From Dehalococcoidia bacterium (GTDB lineage: Bacteria; Chloroflexota; Dehalococcoidia; Bin125), in NCBI GenBank assembly GCA_963663235.2, contig CAXXNO010000004.1:768001-832000 (forward strand): a DNA stretch of 64,000 nt. Reading direction: 5' to 3'. The number at the start of each line of letters is the position of its first letter. Position 1 is the first letter of the stretch. Below the pieces are notes generated by a model. That model worked only from the letters and a program-made list of their open reading frames with translations, made no database searches and was not told the origin of the DNA. Made by a program: the position numbers and the translations under genes. Positions 46,322-56,486 of this stretch are shown piece by piece.

Positions 46322-47266
46322 ATGCCGACAATGCCAACTGAAGAAGAGGTCCTGGGCTACTTTCAAACGTTGTCCAACTGGGGGCGCTGGGGCGCAGACG
46401 ACCAGATCGGGGCGCTGAACCTGATCACGCCGGCGAAGCGTCGGGATGCGGCGGCGCTGGTGAGCGAAGGGGTATCGGTCTCCTGCGCCTGGGACATCCA
46501 GTCCGCTGCGGAGCCCGACCCCGCGTACCGCCGGCCGCAGCGGCTCATGCTCGGCACGGGGGAGGATCTGCCGGACCCGGCGGGGGGCACCCGCCACGGG
46601 TTCGCCTGGGAGTTCATTGGGCTGATCTATCACGGTTTCGCCGTGACCCACCTGGACAGCATCGCGCACGTGTTCTGGGACAAGAAGATGTACAACGGCG
46701 TGCCGGCGGAGCGCGTGACGAAACAGGAGGGGGCCCAGGACTTCGCCGTGAGCGTGCTCAAGGACGGGGTGGTATCGCGGGGGGTGCTGCTGGACGTGGC
46801 GGCCGCCAAGGGCAAGAAGTGGCTGGACCCCGACGAGCCCGTGTACCCCGAGGATCTGGAGGCCGCCGAACGGCGCGAGAACGTGCACGTGAGCGAGGGC
46901 GACGTGCTGTTCCTTCGGACGGGGTTCGCGCGGCGGCGGCGAGCGCCCAAGGAGGATCGGGGCGACACCAGCGCCACCGCGAGCTGGCAGGCGGCGTGCC
47001 TGCCGTGGCTGCACGCGCGCGGCGTGGCGATGATCGGGTCCGACACCGCGAACGACGTGAGCCCGCAGCAATACGAGGGCTTCATCAACCCGATGCACCT
47101 GGTGGGGGTGACGGCGATGGGGTTGTGGCTCATCGACAATTGCGACCTGGAGGCGCTGTCCAAGGCCTGCGAGCAGTACAACCGCTGGGCGTTCCACTTC
47201 ACGCTGGCGCCGCTGCGCTGGCTGGGCGCGTCCGGCTGTCCGGTGAATCCGATCGCGCTGTTCTGA
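46322..47266 (+). CDS. Cyclase family metal-dependent hydrolase (paralogue 1)
   Basis: NWGRWGADDQIGALN, HGFAVTHLDSIAH, RGVLLDV, GCPVNPIA. Confidence 0.9.
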   Translation: MPTMPTEEEVLGYFQTLSNWGRWGADDQIGALNLITPAKRRDAAALVSEGVSVSCAWDIQSAAEPDPAYRRPQRLMLGTGEDLPDPAGGTRHGFAWEFIGLIYHGFAVTHLDSIAHVFWDKKMYNGVPAERVTKQEGAQDFAVSVLKDGVVSRGVLLDVAAAKGKKWLDPDEPVYPEDLEAAERRENVHVSEGDVLFLRTGFARRRRAPKEDRGDTSATASWQAACLPWLHARGVAMIGSDTANDVSPQQYEGFINPMHLVGVTAMGLWLIDNCDLEALSKACEQYNRWAFHFTLAPLRWLGASGCPVNPIALF

Positions 47267-47291
47267 GCGGACGTCAGCGAGAGGCTGCGCC

Positions 47292-48239
47292 ATGCCGACG
47301 GTCCCCCGAGAAGACGAGGTCCTGGCCTATTTCGAGACACTGTCGAACTGGGGGCGGTGGGGCGCCGACGACCAACTGGGCACGCTCAACCTGGTGACGC
47401 CGGCGACGCGGCGGGAGGCGGCGGCGCTGGTGACCGAGGGGACCGCCGTCTCCTGCGCGTGGGACATCCAGTCCGTCGCGGATCCCGACCCGGCCTCCGG
47501 CCGCCCGATGCGGATCATGCTGGGGAGCGGCGAGAACCCGGCGGAGATGGAGCCGGGAGGGCGGGCGTCGTTCGCGCTGGACTTTCTCGGCGTCGCCTAT
47601 CACGGCTTCTCCGTCACGCACCTGGACGGGCTCTGCCACGCCTTTTGGGACAAGCAGATGTACAACGGCATTCCGGCGGCCAAGGTCACGGACCGCGAGG
47701 GGGCGACTGAGCTCTCCATCCACGCACTGCAAGACGGCGTGGCGACTCGCGGGGTGCTGCTGGACGTGGCCGCGCTCAAGGACACGGCGTGGCTGGAGCC
47801 GGGCGAGGCCGTCTTCCCCGAGGACCTGGAGGCGGCCGAAGATCGCCAGGGGGTCCGGGTCCAGGAAGGCGACGCCCTGTTGCTGCGAACGGGCTGGGGG
47901 CGTCGCAAGCGGGAGCCGAAGAGCAACCGCCCCTCGACCGCTGGCGCCTACCCCGGCTGGCACGCCGCCTGCCTGCCGTGGTTCCGCGAGCGGGGCGTGG
48001 CGATGATCGGCGCCGACACCGGCAACGACGCCTATCCGTCCGGATACGACAGCCTGGCGCACCCGATCCACTCGATCGGGATGGTGGCCATGGGGCTGTG
48101 GCACATCGACAACTGCGACCTGGAGGAACTGGCGAGCGCCTGCGAGCGACTCCAGCGCAGCGCGTTCCACTTCTCCCTGGCACCGCTGCGCTGGGTGGGC
48201 GCCACCGGCTGTCCCGTGAACCCCATCGCGGAGTTCTGA
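47292..48239 (+). CDS. Cyclase family metal-dependent hydrolase (paralogue 2)
   Basis: Tandem paralogue; THLDGLCH. Confidence 0.9.
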   Translation: MPTVPREDEVLAYFETLSNWGRWGADDQLGTLNLVTPATRREAAALVTEGTAVSCAWDIQSVADPDPASGRPMRIMLGSGENPAEMEPGGRASFALDFLGVAYHGFSVTHLDGLCHAFWDKQMYNGIPAAKVTDREGATELSIHALQDGVATRGVLLDVAALKDTAWLEPGEAVFPEDLEAAEDRQGVRVQEGDALLLRTGWGRRKREPKSNRPSTAGAYPGWHAACLPWFRERGVAMIGADTGNDAYPSGYDSLAHPIHSIGMVAMGLWHIDNCDLEELASACERLQRSAFHFSLAPLRWVGATGCPVNPIAEF

Positions 48240-48272
48240 GCGGGCAAACGCCCGGTACGGTGTGGCGTGGCC

Positions 48273-49085
48273 CTAGCGGCCGGTGAAGACGGGCTCGCGC
48301 TTGTCCACCCAGGCCGCGGTGGCCTCGCGGTGGTCCTCCGTGCTCATCGAGAGCCGCTCCCAGGCCAACCCGGCGTCAAGAACCGCTTCCACCCGCTGTT
48401 TGAGCAGTTTGTTGATGGTGACCTTGGTGGCCCGCACGGCGAAGGGGGCCATCCCGGCCAGGCGGTTCGCCAGATCCATGGTGAAGGTCTCCAGGTCATC
48501 GTGAGGCACCAGGTGATTGACGATGCCGAGGCGGAGGAGATCATCGCCCATGATCAGTTCGCCCGTCATCAAGAGCTCCTTGGCTTTGTTGATGCCCATC
48601 AGCAGCGGCCAGATCACGGCGCCCCCATCGCCGGCGACGAGGCCCACGTTGACGTGGCGATCTCCGATGCGGGCGCGGTCCGAGGCGACGACGACATCGC
48701 AGAGCAGGGCGATGGTGGCGCCGAGGCCGACGGCCGCTCCGTTGACCATCGCCAGCAGCGGCTTCTGCAGGTCCAGCATGGAGTGGACGATCTCCTGCGC
48801 CTCGCCGCGCACCTGGGCGGGGTCGCGCCGCACGAGGACGTTGGAGCCGCTATCGCTCTCACTCATGCCCTTGACGTCGCCGCCGGAGCAGAAGGCTCGG
48901 CCCGCGCCCGTCAGGAGCACGACACGCGATTCGTCGTCGTCGTTGGCGTCGCGGAAGATCGTGGCGAGCTCTGCGTGGAGACGGCCGTTCACGGCGTTGA
49001 GCCGTTCCGGCCGGTTGAGGGTGAGCACCAGCACCGCGCCCCGGCGGTCGATTTGGATGTGCTCGTAGCGCGAGAAGTCCGTCAT
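48273..49085 (-). CDS. Enoyl-CoA hydratase/isomerase family protein
   Basis: LNRPERLNA, AFCSGGD, KPLLAMVNGAAVGLG, GLVAGDGG. Confidence 0.92.
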   Translation of the reverse strand: MTDFSRYEHIQIDRRGAVLVLTLNRPERLNAVNGRLHAELATIFRDANDDDESRVVLLTGAGRAFCSGGDVKGMSESDSGSNVLVRRDPAQVRGEAQEIVHSMLDLQKPLLAMVNGAAVGLGATIALLCDVVVASDRARIGDRHVNVGLVAGDGGAVIWPLLMGINKAKELLMTGELIMGDDLLRLGIVNHLVPHDDLETFTMDLANRLAGMAPFAVRATKVTINKLLKQRVEAVLDAGLAWERLSMSTEDHREATAAWVDKREPVFTGR

Positions 49086-49190
49086 CGTTTCACCTCCACC
49101 AGCCCGGAAGTCGCGCACCGTGTGGAGCGTGGAACCGGCCGAGCACGCGCATGCTAGGACCACTCGTCGCGCAGCGGAACCGCCAGCGGC

Positions 49191-50033
49191 CTACGCCATG
49201 CCGTACTGCTCGGCCAATTGGGTGGCGTCCCCCATGCCGATGAAGGCGCTGAACTCACGCATGCGGCAGGTGCGGTCGCGGTAGTTGGGGATGACCCCCT
49301 GCTGGTTGAGGTCGTGGAGCATGTCGCGCACAGCCTTGTACGCCACGAATAGGGATGCGCCGGGGTAGATGGCCAGCTTGGTCCCGGCGCGCTCGAGATC
49401 CTGGCGCGACTCGGGACCGGCCAGGTTGACGAGGGGAGCCGGCAGAGCCTGGGCGACGGCGGGCGAGTCATCAAGGCGGAGGCCGGGGAGCATGAGCAGA
49501 TCGGCGCCGGCGGCGGCGTAGGCGCGGGCGCGCTCCAGGGCATCGTCCAACGAGTTGACCGAGATGGCATCGGTGCGGCCGATGATGACGAAGTCGGGGT
49601 CGGTGCGGGCGTCGACGGCGGCGCGGATGCGCTGCACGGCGTCCTGGGTGGAAACGAGCCGGTCCGGGTGGCCGAGGAAGTGTTTGCCGAGGACAAGATC
49701 CTCGATGTGCACGCCCGCTAAACCGGCGCGCTCGCAGAGGCGCACGGTGCGGCGGACGTTGAGGGGAGCGCCGCCGCCATCGTCGATGTCGGCAACGACG
49801 GGGATCTCCACCGCCGCCGTCACGTTGCGGGCCTGCGTCAGCAGTTCGGTCATGGTGATCAGGGAATGGTCAGGGATGCCGAGCATGCTTGCCGAGCCGG
49901 CGTAGCCGCCCAGATACAGCGCGTCGAAGCCCTGGGCCTCGACGAGCTTGGCCGTCATGGCGTCGTGGGCGCCGGGCGCCACGAGCATCTCCGGCCGGTT
50001 GAGCAATTCGCGTAGACGCGACGTCGCTTTCAT
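49191..50033 (-). CDS. Isocitrate lyase / PEP mutase superfamily enzyme
   Basis: APGAHD, PVVADIDDGGG, GVHIED, IIGRTDA, AYAAAGAD. Confidence 0.88.
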   Translation of the reverse strand: MKATSRLRELLNRPEMLVAPGAHDAMTAKLVEAQGFDALYLGGYAGSASMLGIPDHSLITMTELLTQARNVTAAVEIPVVADIDDGGGAPLNVRRTVRLCERAGLAGVHIEDLVLGKHFLGHPDRLVSTQDAVQRIRAAVDARTDPDFVIIGRTDAISVNSLDDALERARAYAAAGADLLMLPGLRLDDSPAVAQALPAPLVNLAGPESRQDLERAGTKLAIYPGASLFVAYKAVRDMLHDLNQQGVIPNYRDRTCRMREFSAFIGMGDATQLAEQYGMA

Positions 50034-50305
50034 CGTGCTCCCCTCCCATTTCCAAGGCGACAGCGCGGCCCAATCTAGCACGGGTCGCAAGCCGTGCCGC
50101 CCTCTACCGTGCGGATCAGCGCCCCTTTCGCCGGCAGGCACACCCGCGAGACAAGGACAGCCGGCCGTGGGTCGTGGCAGGCGTCGTGATCTCACCGGCC
50201 CGGGTGATTCTCATCGCCTGGTGAGTCGCCGATGGACCGTGCAGAAGCCCACCGCCATCCGCTATGTTTATCGCCGCGAAGCAGATCACGACGAGGAGGT
50301 GAGCG

Positions 50306-51394
50306 GTGAAGGCAGCGGTCATGCGTGCCGCCAACGAACCATTGACCATTGAGGACGTGACGATCGATGAGCCGCGGGCCAGCGAGGTGCTGGTGCGCAG
50401 CGGGGCGACGGGGGTCTGCCACAGCGACCTACACTACATGAAGGGGCTCTTCCCCCAAAAGGTCCCCACCATCCTGGGCCACGAGTCCGCGGGAACGGTG
50501 GTCAAAGTCGGCGAGGGCGTCACGGGCGTCAAGCCGGATGACCAGGTGGTCCTCTCGTTCGTGCCCTCCTGCGGGCAGTGCGAGCGCTGCGTCGAAGGAC
50601 GGCCGGTGCTGTGCTCGCGGCGGGGCCGGGGCGAACGGCCCGACCGGTTGACGCAGGGCGGCGAGACGGTCCACCAGTTCGCGGGGATGTCCGCGTTCGC
50701 GGAGTACCAACTGGTGCAGGACACAGCCTGCATCCCGGTGCCGGAGGGCGTGCCGATGGAAGCCGCCTGCCTGGTGGGCTGCTCCGTGATGACGGGCTAC
50801 GGCGCGGTGGTGAACACGGCGCAGATGGAGCCCGGGTCCAGCGTGGCGGTGATCGGGTTGGGCGGGATCGGCCTGAACATTGTGCAGAGCGCGGCGCTGG
50901 CGGGGGCGAGCCGGATCATCGCGATCGACATCGCGGAGCACAAACTGGCGGCGGCGCGGCAGTTCGGAGCGACCGACACCGTGGATGCGTCCGTCGCCGA
51001 CGCGGTCGACGCGGTCAAGAAGATGACAAGGGCGACGACGGGAGGGGGCGTGGACTACGCCTTCGAGGCGATCGGGCTGGCGGCGACCGCGGAGCAGGCG
51101 TTCGCCATGGCGCGCCGGGGCGGCACCGCCGTCATCGTGGGGATGGTGGCGATGGGCGAGAAGATCAGCCTCCCGGCATCCCAGTTCCTGAATGAAAAGC
51201 GGATCATCGGGAGCTTCTACGGAAGCGCGCGCCAGGCCAAGGACATGCCGCGCCTGCTGCGGTTGTACCAGCAGGGCAAGATCAAGATCGACGAGATGAT
51301 CACGCACCGCTACACCCTGGACCAGATCAACGAGGCGTACAGCGATCTGGAAAAGGGCGTCATGCTGCGCGGCGTGATCACCTTCGAGAGCTAG
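50306..51394 (+). CDS. Zn-dependent alcohol dehydrogenase (class III-like)
   Basis: GVCHSD, GHE, CGQCERC...C, GLGGIG. Confidence 0.92.
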   Translation: MKAAVMRAANEPLTIEDVTIDEPRASEVLVRSGATGVCHSDLHYMKGLFPQKVPTILGHESAGTVVKVGEGVTGVKPDDQVVLSFVPSCGQCERCVEGRPVLCSRRGRGERPDRLTQGGETVHQFAGMSAFAEYQLVQDTACIPVPEGVPMEAACLVGCSVMTGYGAVVNTAQMEPGSSVAVIGLGGIGLNIVQSAALAGASRIIAIDIAEHKLAAARQFGATDTVDASVADAVDAVKKMTRATTGGGVDYAFEAIGLAATAEQAFAMARRGGTAVIVGMVAMGEKISLPASQFLNEKRIIGSFYGSARQAKDMPRLLRLYQQGKIKIDEMITHRYTLDQINEAYSDLEKGVMLRGVITFES

Positions 51395-51437
51395 GGGCGA
51401 GAGCTAGGGGCGAGAGCCAAGGGCGACGGCTAGGGGC
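51386..51437. repeat. 13-bp tandem repeat x4 (two exact, two degenerate) across the stop codon
   Basis: GAGAGCTAGGGGC, GAGAGCTAGGGGC, GAGAGCCAAGGGC, GACGGCTAGGGGC. Confidence 0.8.
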
Positions 51438-51444
51438 GGCGCGC

Positions 51445-52842
51445 TCAGACGTCCATCGTCGGGGGGTGCGAGGGCACGGTGAGGGGGCAGCCGGTGGCGG
51501 CCAGCACCTGGTCCCCCGTCACGCCGGGGGCGATCTCACGAAGCCGCAGCCCGTCCGGGGTCACATCGATCACGGCGAGGTTCGTGACGACCGTGCGGAC
51601 ACAGCGCCGACCCGTCACGGGCAAGGTGCAGGCCTCGACGAGCCGGGGCCGCCCATCGCGGGTGGTGTGCTCCATGACCACAATCAACTCGATGCCCCCG
51701 GCGACGAGGTCCATGGCGCCGCCGACGCCGGGCGCGCCGACGTTCGGCCGGACCCAGTTGGCGAGATCGCCGTCCTGCGACACCTGGTAGCCGCCGAGCA
51801 CCACCGCGTCCAGGTGGCCGCCGCGGATCATCGTGAACGAGGTGGCGCTATCGAAGATGGCGCTGCCGGGGATGTACTCGACGGGCAGGCTGCCGGCGTC
51901 GAAGATGTTGGGGTTCCAGCGATCCAGATCGGCGAGGCTGTGGTAGCCGAGGATGCCGTTCTCGCCCTGGAGCATGACCGACGCGTCGATCCGTTCCAGC
52001 CAACGGCCAACGAGCGTCGGCAGGCCGACGCCGAGATTGACGTACTTGTAGTCCGCGATCATGCGGGCGGCGCGCAGCCCCATCTGATCGCGGGAGATGC
52101 CGGGAATGGGTGCGCCGCCGCCGGACGGGTTGCGGCGGTAGCCGCGGCCCTCGGCCACGATCTCGTCGCGGGGGAGGTCGGCCGTGACCACGCGGTCCAC
52201 AAAGATGCCCGGGAGATGAACGGCCTCGGGGTCGAGGTGGCCCGCCGGGACGATGCGATCGGCCTCGACGATGACGGTCTCGGCGGCCGTGGCCATCGCG
52301 GTCTGGAAGTTGCGCAACGGGCCCTCGAAGCGGCAGTTGCCCACCTCATCGACGACGTTTGCGCGGAGCAGGGCGAAATCGGCGGAGAGCGCCGTCGCCA
52401 GCAGATAGGGGCGGCCGTTGAATTGACGCAACTCCTTGCCCTGGGCCAGATCCGTCTCCGCCGCCGTGGGCGTGTAGAAGGCGGCGATGCCCGCGCCGGC
52501 CGCGCGGATGCGCTCCACGAACGTCCCCTGCGGCACCATCTCCACCTCGACCTCGCCGGCCAAGAACTGATCCTCGAAGGCGGTCGGGCGACCGACCTGT
52601 CCAGCGCCCGAGCCGATGAAGCGCTTGACCAGCCGTCGATCGGCCAGGAGTTGCGGCGTGAAGCGACCGTGACTCATGGAATTGGCGATGACGGTGAGGT
52701 CGCCGGCGCCGTGGTCGGCCAAGGCGTGGATGAGGCTGCTCGGCCAGGAGACCGTCTGCGAGAAGCCGCCGATCATCACCGTCATGCCGGCGCGGACGTC
52801 GGAGACGGCTTCGCGGGGGGAGGCGACGACCTTGCTCTTCAT
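51445..52842 (-). CDS. Fused A+B 3-oxoacid CoA-transferase (ScoAB/PcaIJ-like), paralogue 1
   Basis: PQGTFVERIRAAGAGI, HLPGIFVD, VNLGVGLP, QGENG, GVGGAMDL. Confidence 0.9.
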   Translation of the reverse strand: MKSKVVASPREAVSDVRAGMTVMIGGFSQTVSWPSSLIHALADHGAGDLTVIANSMSHGRFTPQLLADRRLVKRFIGSGAGQVGRPTAFEDQFLAGEVEVEMVPQGTFVERIRAAGAGIAAFYTPTAAETDLAQGKELRQFNGRPYLLATALSADFALLRANVVDEVGNCRFEGPLRNFQTAMATAAETVIVEADRIVPAGHLDPEAVHLPGIFVDRVVTADLPRDEIVAEGRGYRRNPSGGGAPIPGISRDQMGLRAARMIADYKYVNLGVGLPTLVGRWLERIDASVMLQGENGILGYHSLADLDRWNPNIFDAGSLPVEYIPGSAIFDSATSFTMIRGGHLDAVVLGGYQVSQDGDLANWVRPNVGAPGVGGAMDLVAGGIELIVVMEHTTRDGRPRLVEACTLPVTGRRCVRTVVTNLAVIDVTPDGLRLREIAPGVTGDQVLAATGCPLTVPSHPPTMDV

Positions 52843-52863
52843 GCCGGCACCGTCACGGGGAAC

Positions 52864-54264
52864 TCAGAGGTCCATCGTCGGGGGGTCGGGCGGGCCCGCC
52901 AGCGGACAGCCAGTGGCCGCCACGACCTCCTCGGCCGTCACGCCGGGGGCCAGCTCGCGGAGGCGCAGACCGTCGGATGTCACGTCGATCACAGCAAGGT
53001 TGGTCACGATCGTGTTCACGCAGCGCCGACCCGAGACCGGGAGCGCGCACTCCGTGACGATGCGAGGTTTTCCATCGCGGGTGGAGTGCTCCATCAGCGC
53101 GATGAGCTCTCTCCGGCCCGCGATCAGGTCCATTGCGCCACCGATGAGCGGTGCGCCCCTCCCCGGGCGGCTCCAGTTGGCGAGATCGCCTTGCTCCGAC
53201 ACCTCGTAGGCGCCGAGCACCACGGCGTCCAGATGGCCGCCGCGGGCCATAGCGAAAGCGGAGGCGCTATCGACGATGGCTGCGCCCGGGATGAGCTCGG
53301 CCGGCTGGCTGCCGGCGTCGAACAGGTTGGGGTTCCAGCGGTCGGGATCGGAGAGGGCGCGGTAGCCGACGATGCCGTTCTCACCGTGCAGCACCACGGA
53401 GGAGCCGAGCCGCTCCAGCCAGCGGCCGGCGAGCACGGGCAGGCCGATGCCGAGATTCACGTAGCGGTAGCCCGCGATCATGCGGGCCACGCGCAGCCCC
53501 ATCTGCTCGCGCGAGATCCCGCGCCCGGCGCCCGTCTTGCCCGACACATCGCGGGGCTGGAGGCGCGCGACATCCAAACGCTCTTCGCGAGGGATCTCCA
53601 CGGCCACGACGCGGTCGATGAAGATGCCGGGCAGGTGCACGTCCTCGGGCTCGATCTCGCCGACGGGGACGATGCGCTCCGCCTCCACGACCACGGTGGC
53701 GGCAGCGGTGGCCATCACGGTCTGGAAGTTATGGGTGGAGCCCTCAAAGTGGCAGTTGCCGATTTCGTCCACGGCGTCGGCCCAGAGCAGCGCGATATCG
53801 GCGGAGAGGGCCGCCTCCAGGAGATGGGGGCGGCCGCCGAACTCCCGGACCTCGCGGCCGTCAGAGGCGAGATCGGTATCGGCCGCCGTGGGCGTGTAGA
53901 AGGCCGGAATGCCGGCCCCGGCGGCGCGGATGCGCTCCGCGAGGGTCCCCTGGGGGACGATCTCCACTTCGATCTCGCCGGCGAGGATGCGGTCTTCAAA
54001 GGGGGTTGGGCGGGCCACCTGCGAGGCCGCGGAGCCGATGTAGCGCTTGACCAGGCCCGCCTCGGCCAGCATCTGCGGCGCATAGCGGCCGTAGCCGATG
54101 GAACAGGAGATGACGGTCAGATCGCCGGCGCCGTGGTGAACCAAGGCGTTCATCAGCGTGGTCGGCAGGGACATCGTCGGGGCGAAGCCGCCGAGCATCA
54201 CAGACATGCCGGGCCGCACGTCGGAGACGGCCTCCAGGGCCGATGCGACCACCTTGCTCTTCAT
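52864..54264 (-). CDS. Fused A+B 3-oxoacid CoA-transferase, paralogue 2
   Basis: Same motifs; both paralogues begin MKSKVVAS. Confidence 0.9.
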   Translation of the reverse strand: MKSKVVASALEAVSDVRPGMSVMLGGFAPTMSLPTTLMNALVHHGAGDLTVISCSIGYGRYAPQMLAEAGLVKRYIGSAASQVARPTPFEDRILAGEIEVEIVPQGTLAERIRAAGAGIPAFYTPTAADTDLASDGREVREFGGRPHLLEAALSADIALLWADAVDEIGNCHFEGSTHNFQTVMATAAATVVVEAERIVPVGEIEPEDVHLPGIFIDRVVAVEIPREERLDVARLQPRDVSGKTGAGRGISREQMGLRVARMIAGYRYVNLGIGLPVLAGRWLERLGSSVVLHGENGIVGYRALSDPDRWNPNLFDAGSQPAELIPGAAIVDSASAFAMARGGHLDAVVLGAYEVSEQGDLANWSRPGRGAPLIGGAMDLIAGRRELIALMEHSTRDGKPRIVTECALPVSGRRCVNTIVTNLAVIDVTSDGLRLRELAPGVTAEEVVAATGCPLAGPPDPPTMDL

Positions 54265-54466
54265 TCGCGCCTGCCTCCGCGGACCCGGCGCACCTGCTGC
54301 GGCGGAGCGCCGTGGAAAGGAATATCGCACGCGCGGGCGGGCGTCGCCAGCGAGCGAAGGCCGGTCGCTCCGTCTCCCACGCCGTTCCAGGCGCCCGCCA
54401 TCCGCCCGCCCCGCGAGAGCCGCGCGGGACGGTCCACGCGGAGGCCGGCAGGGCTACGATGCCGGC

Positions 54467-55240
54467 ATGAGCGTGGAGACGGCTGCGGCCACCGATGTGG
54501 GCCGGGTGCGCGCGGGCAACGAAGACTTCATGGCCTTCAGCGCCCAGCCGGAGATCGAGACGGCGCTGCTGATAGTCGCCGATGGGATGGGTGGGGCGGC
54601 GGCGGGCGAAGTTGCCAGCGAACGAGCCGTCGAGGCGTTCCGCGAGCACATGGGCGCGCGCCTGCGCCAGTTGGCGCAGGCGCCGGAGGCGGAGATCGAG
54701 GCGGCGCTGGCGGACGGCGTGGCGGCGGCCAATGCGGAAGTGTGGGACCTAGCGCAAGCGCATCGCGAGTGGGCGGGGATGGGCACCACCCTGGTAGCGG
54801 CCTGCGTGCTGGGCGATAAGGCCTGGGTGGCGAACGTCGGGGATAGCCGAGCCTATCTAATCCACGACGGAAAGATTCGCCAACTGACTGTGGATCACAC
54901 GGTGGTGGGAGAGGCGGTGCGCGCCGGCTCCCTGACGGCCGCGCAGGCGGCCAGCAGCCCCTCCCGTCACATCCTCACGCGCGCCGTGGGAACAGGCGCG
55001 CAGGTCGAGGCCGACCTGTTCGGGCCGATCGCGCTGGCGGACGGGGACGCGCTGCTGCTGTCGTCGGACGGGCTGCACGGCGTGCTCAGCGACCCCGAGA
55101 TCGGCGCAATCACCAGCGGTTGTCCGCCGGCGGAGGCGCCGCAGCGGCTGATCGAGGCGGCCAACGCCAGAGGCGGCCCAGACAACATCACGGTGGTGGT
55201 GGCGCGGTACACGGCGAAGCGGCGCGTCGCGGCCGCGTGA
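54467..55240 (+). CDS. PP2C-type Ser/Thr phosphatase (Stp1/PrpC-like)
   Basis: GRVRAGNED, VADGMGG, MGTT, NVGDSRAY, SDGL, GGPDNITV. Confidence 0.93.
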   Translation: MSVETAAATDVGRVRAGNEDFMAFSAQPEIETALLIVADGMGGAAAGEVASERAVEAFREHMGARLRQLAQAPEAEIEAALADGVAAANAEVWDLAQAHREWAGMGTTLVAACVLGDKAWVANVGDSRAYLIHDGKIRQLTVDHTVVGEAVRAGSLTAAQAASSPSRHILTRAVGTGAQVEADLFGPIALADGDALLLSSDGLHGVLSDPEIGAITSGCPPAEAPQRLIEAANARGGPDNITVVVARYTAKRRVAAA

Positions 55241-55306
55241 GCGGCCTCCCGAGGTGGAACGGTGCTAGGCTGCGCGGCCCAAGCCGGGCGGGAGGGGAGC
55301 GGGACG

Positions 55307-56467
55307 ATGCAAGGGAGCGACGAGCGGATCCTCACGACGCACGTCGGCAGCCTGCCGCGCAACCCCCGGCTCGCGGACCTGCTGATCCGACGCGAGCAGG
55401 GCGAGCGCATCGAGCAGGCGGAGTTCGAGCAGCAGACCGAGGCGGCGATCGCGTCCGTGGTGCACCACCAAGTGGAGGCGGGCGTCGACGTGATCAACGA
55501 TGGAGAGCAGCCTCGCCCGGGCTTCTCCACCTATGTGGCGCAACGCATGCAAGGGTTCGGGGGCGAGAGCGATCGACCCGTCCTGCAGGACATGGACGAG
55601 TTCCCCGACTACGCGGAGATGATCGTGGCACGCCTGCGCACCACGGCCAAGATGATGAATGCGCCGCAGGCGGTCGCCGAGGTGTCCTACGAGGACCTGA
55701 GCGAGGCGGAGCAGGAGTGCGACCTGTTCCTGCGGGCCAGCGCGGCGCAATCGTCGCGGATCCGCGAGCGCTTCATGACGGCGGCGTCGCCGGGGATCAT
55801 CTCCACCACCCTGCTCAACGCCCACTACGCGACGCACGAGGACTACGTCTTTGCCCTGGCGCGCGAGATGAAGAAGGAGTACGAGCTCGTCCACGCGAAA
55901 GGGCTGGTGCTCCAGATCGACTGCCCGGACCTGGCGATGGAGTGGTCGTTCGCGCTGAAGGAGACGTCGCTGAAGCGTTTCCAGGAGCTGGTGGCCACGC
56001 ACGTGGAGGCGATCAACATCGCCACGGAGAATATCCCGGCGGAGCGCATCCGGCTGCACGTCTGCTGGGGCAACTACGACGGCCCTCACATCCACGACAT
56101 CGCCCTGGCGGACATCCTGCCGATCCTCTACGAGGCGAAGGTGGGGGCGCTATCGCTGCCGCTGGCGAATCCGCGTCACCAGCACGAGTACGCGGTGATC
56201 AAGCAGAACCCGCCGCCGGCATCGATGCTATTCCTGCCGGGCGTGATCGATTCCACCACGAACTACGTGGAGCATCCCGAGGTCGTGGCGCAGCGGATCA
56301 CGGAGGCGGTTGACGCGGCGGGGGACCGGAGCCGGGTGATCGCGTCGACGGATTGCGGGTTCGGGACGTTCGCGGGCTGGCAGATGGTGGCGGAGAGCGT
56401 GGTCTGGGCCAAACTGCGCGCGCTCACGGATGGCGCGGCGCTGGCCAGCCAGCGGCTGTGGGGCTGA
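55307..56467 (+). CDS. Cobalamin-independent methionine synthase II (core MetE-like) family protein
   Basis: TTHVGSLPR, NDGEQ, QIDCP, HVCWGNY, PGVID, STDCGF. Confidence 0.9.
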   Translation: MQGSDERILTTHVGSLPRNPRLADLLIRREQGERIEQAEFEQQTEAAIASVVHHQVEAGVDVINDGEQPRPGFSTYVAQRMQGFGGESDRPVLQDMDEFPDYAEMIVARLRTTAKMMNAPQAVAEVSYEDLSEAEQECDLFLRASAAQSSRIRERFMTAASPGIISTTLLNAHYATHEDYVFALAREMKKEYELVHAKGLVLQIDCPDLAMEWSFALKETSLKRFQELVATHVEAINIATENIPAERIRLHVCWGNYDGPHIHDIALADILPILYEAKVGALSLPLANPRHQHEYAVIKQNPPPASMLFLPGVIDSTTNYVEHPEVVAQRITEAVDAAGDRSRVIASTDCGFGTFAGWQMVAESVVWAKLRALTDGAALASQRLWG

Positions 56468-56486
56468 GCGCGGCGACGGCCGCGGG

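Noticed and set aside
50187-50226. Two imperfect TCAC/GTGA palindromes between divergent genes as operators
   Set aside because: Short, imperfect, no regulator nearby; could be chance.
51466-54819. 1117-aa plus-strand ORF (likewise 43868-47293 and 25205-27100)
   Set aside because: Antisense shadows of real genes, expected at this GC content; no recognisable motifs.
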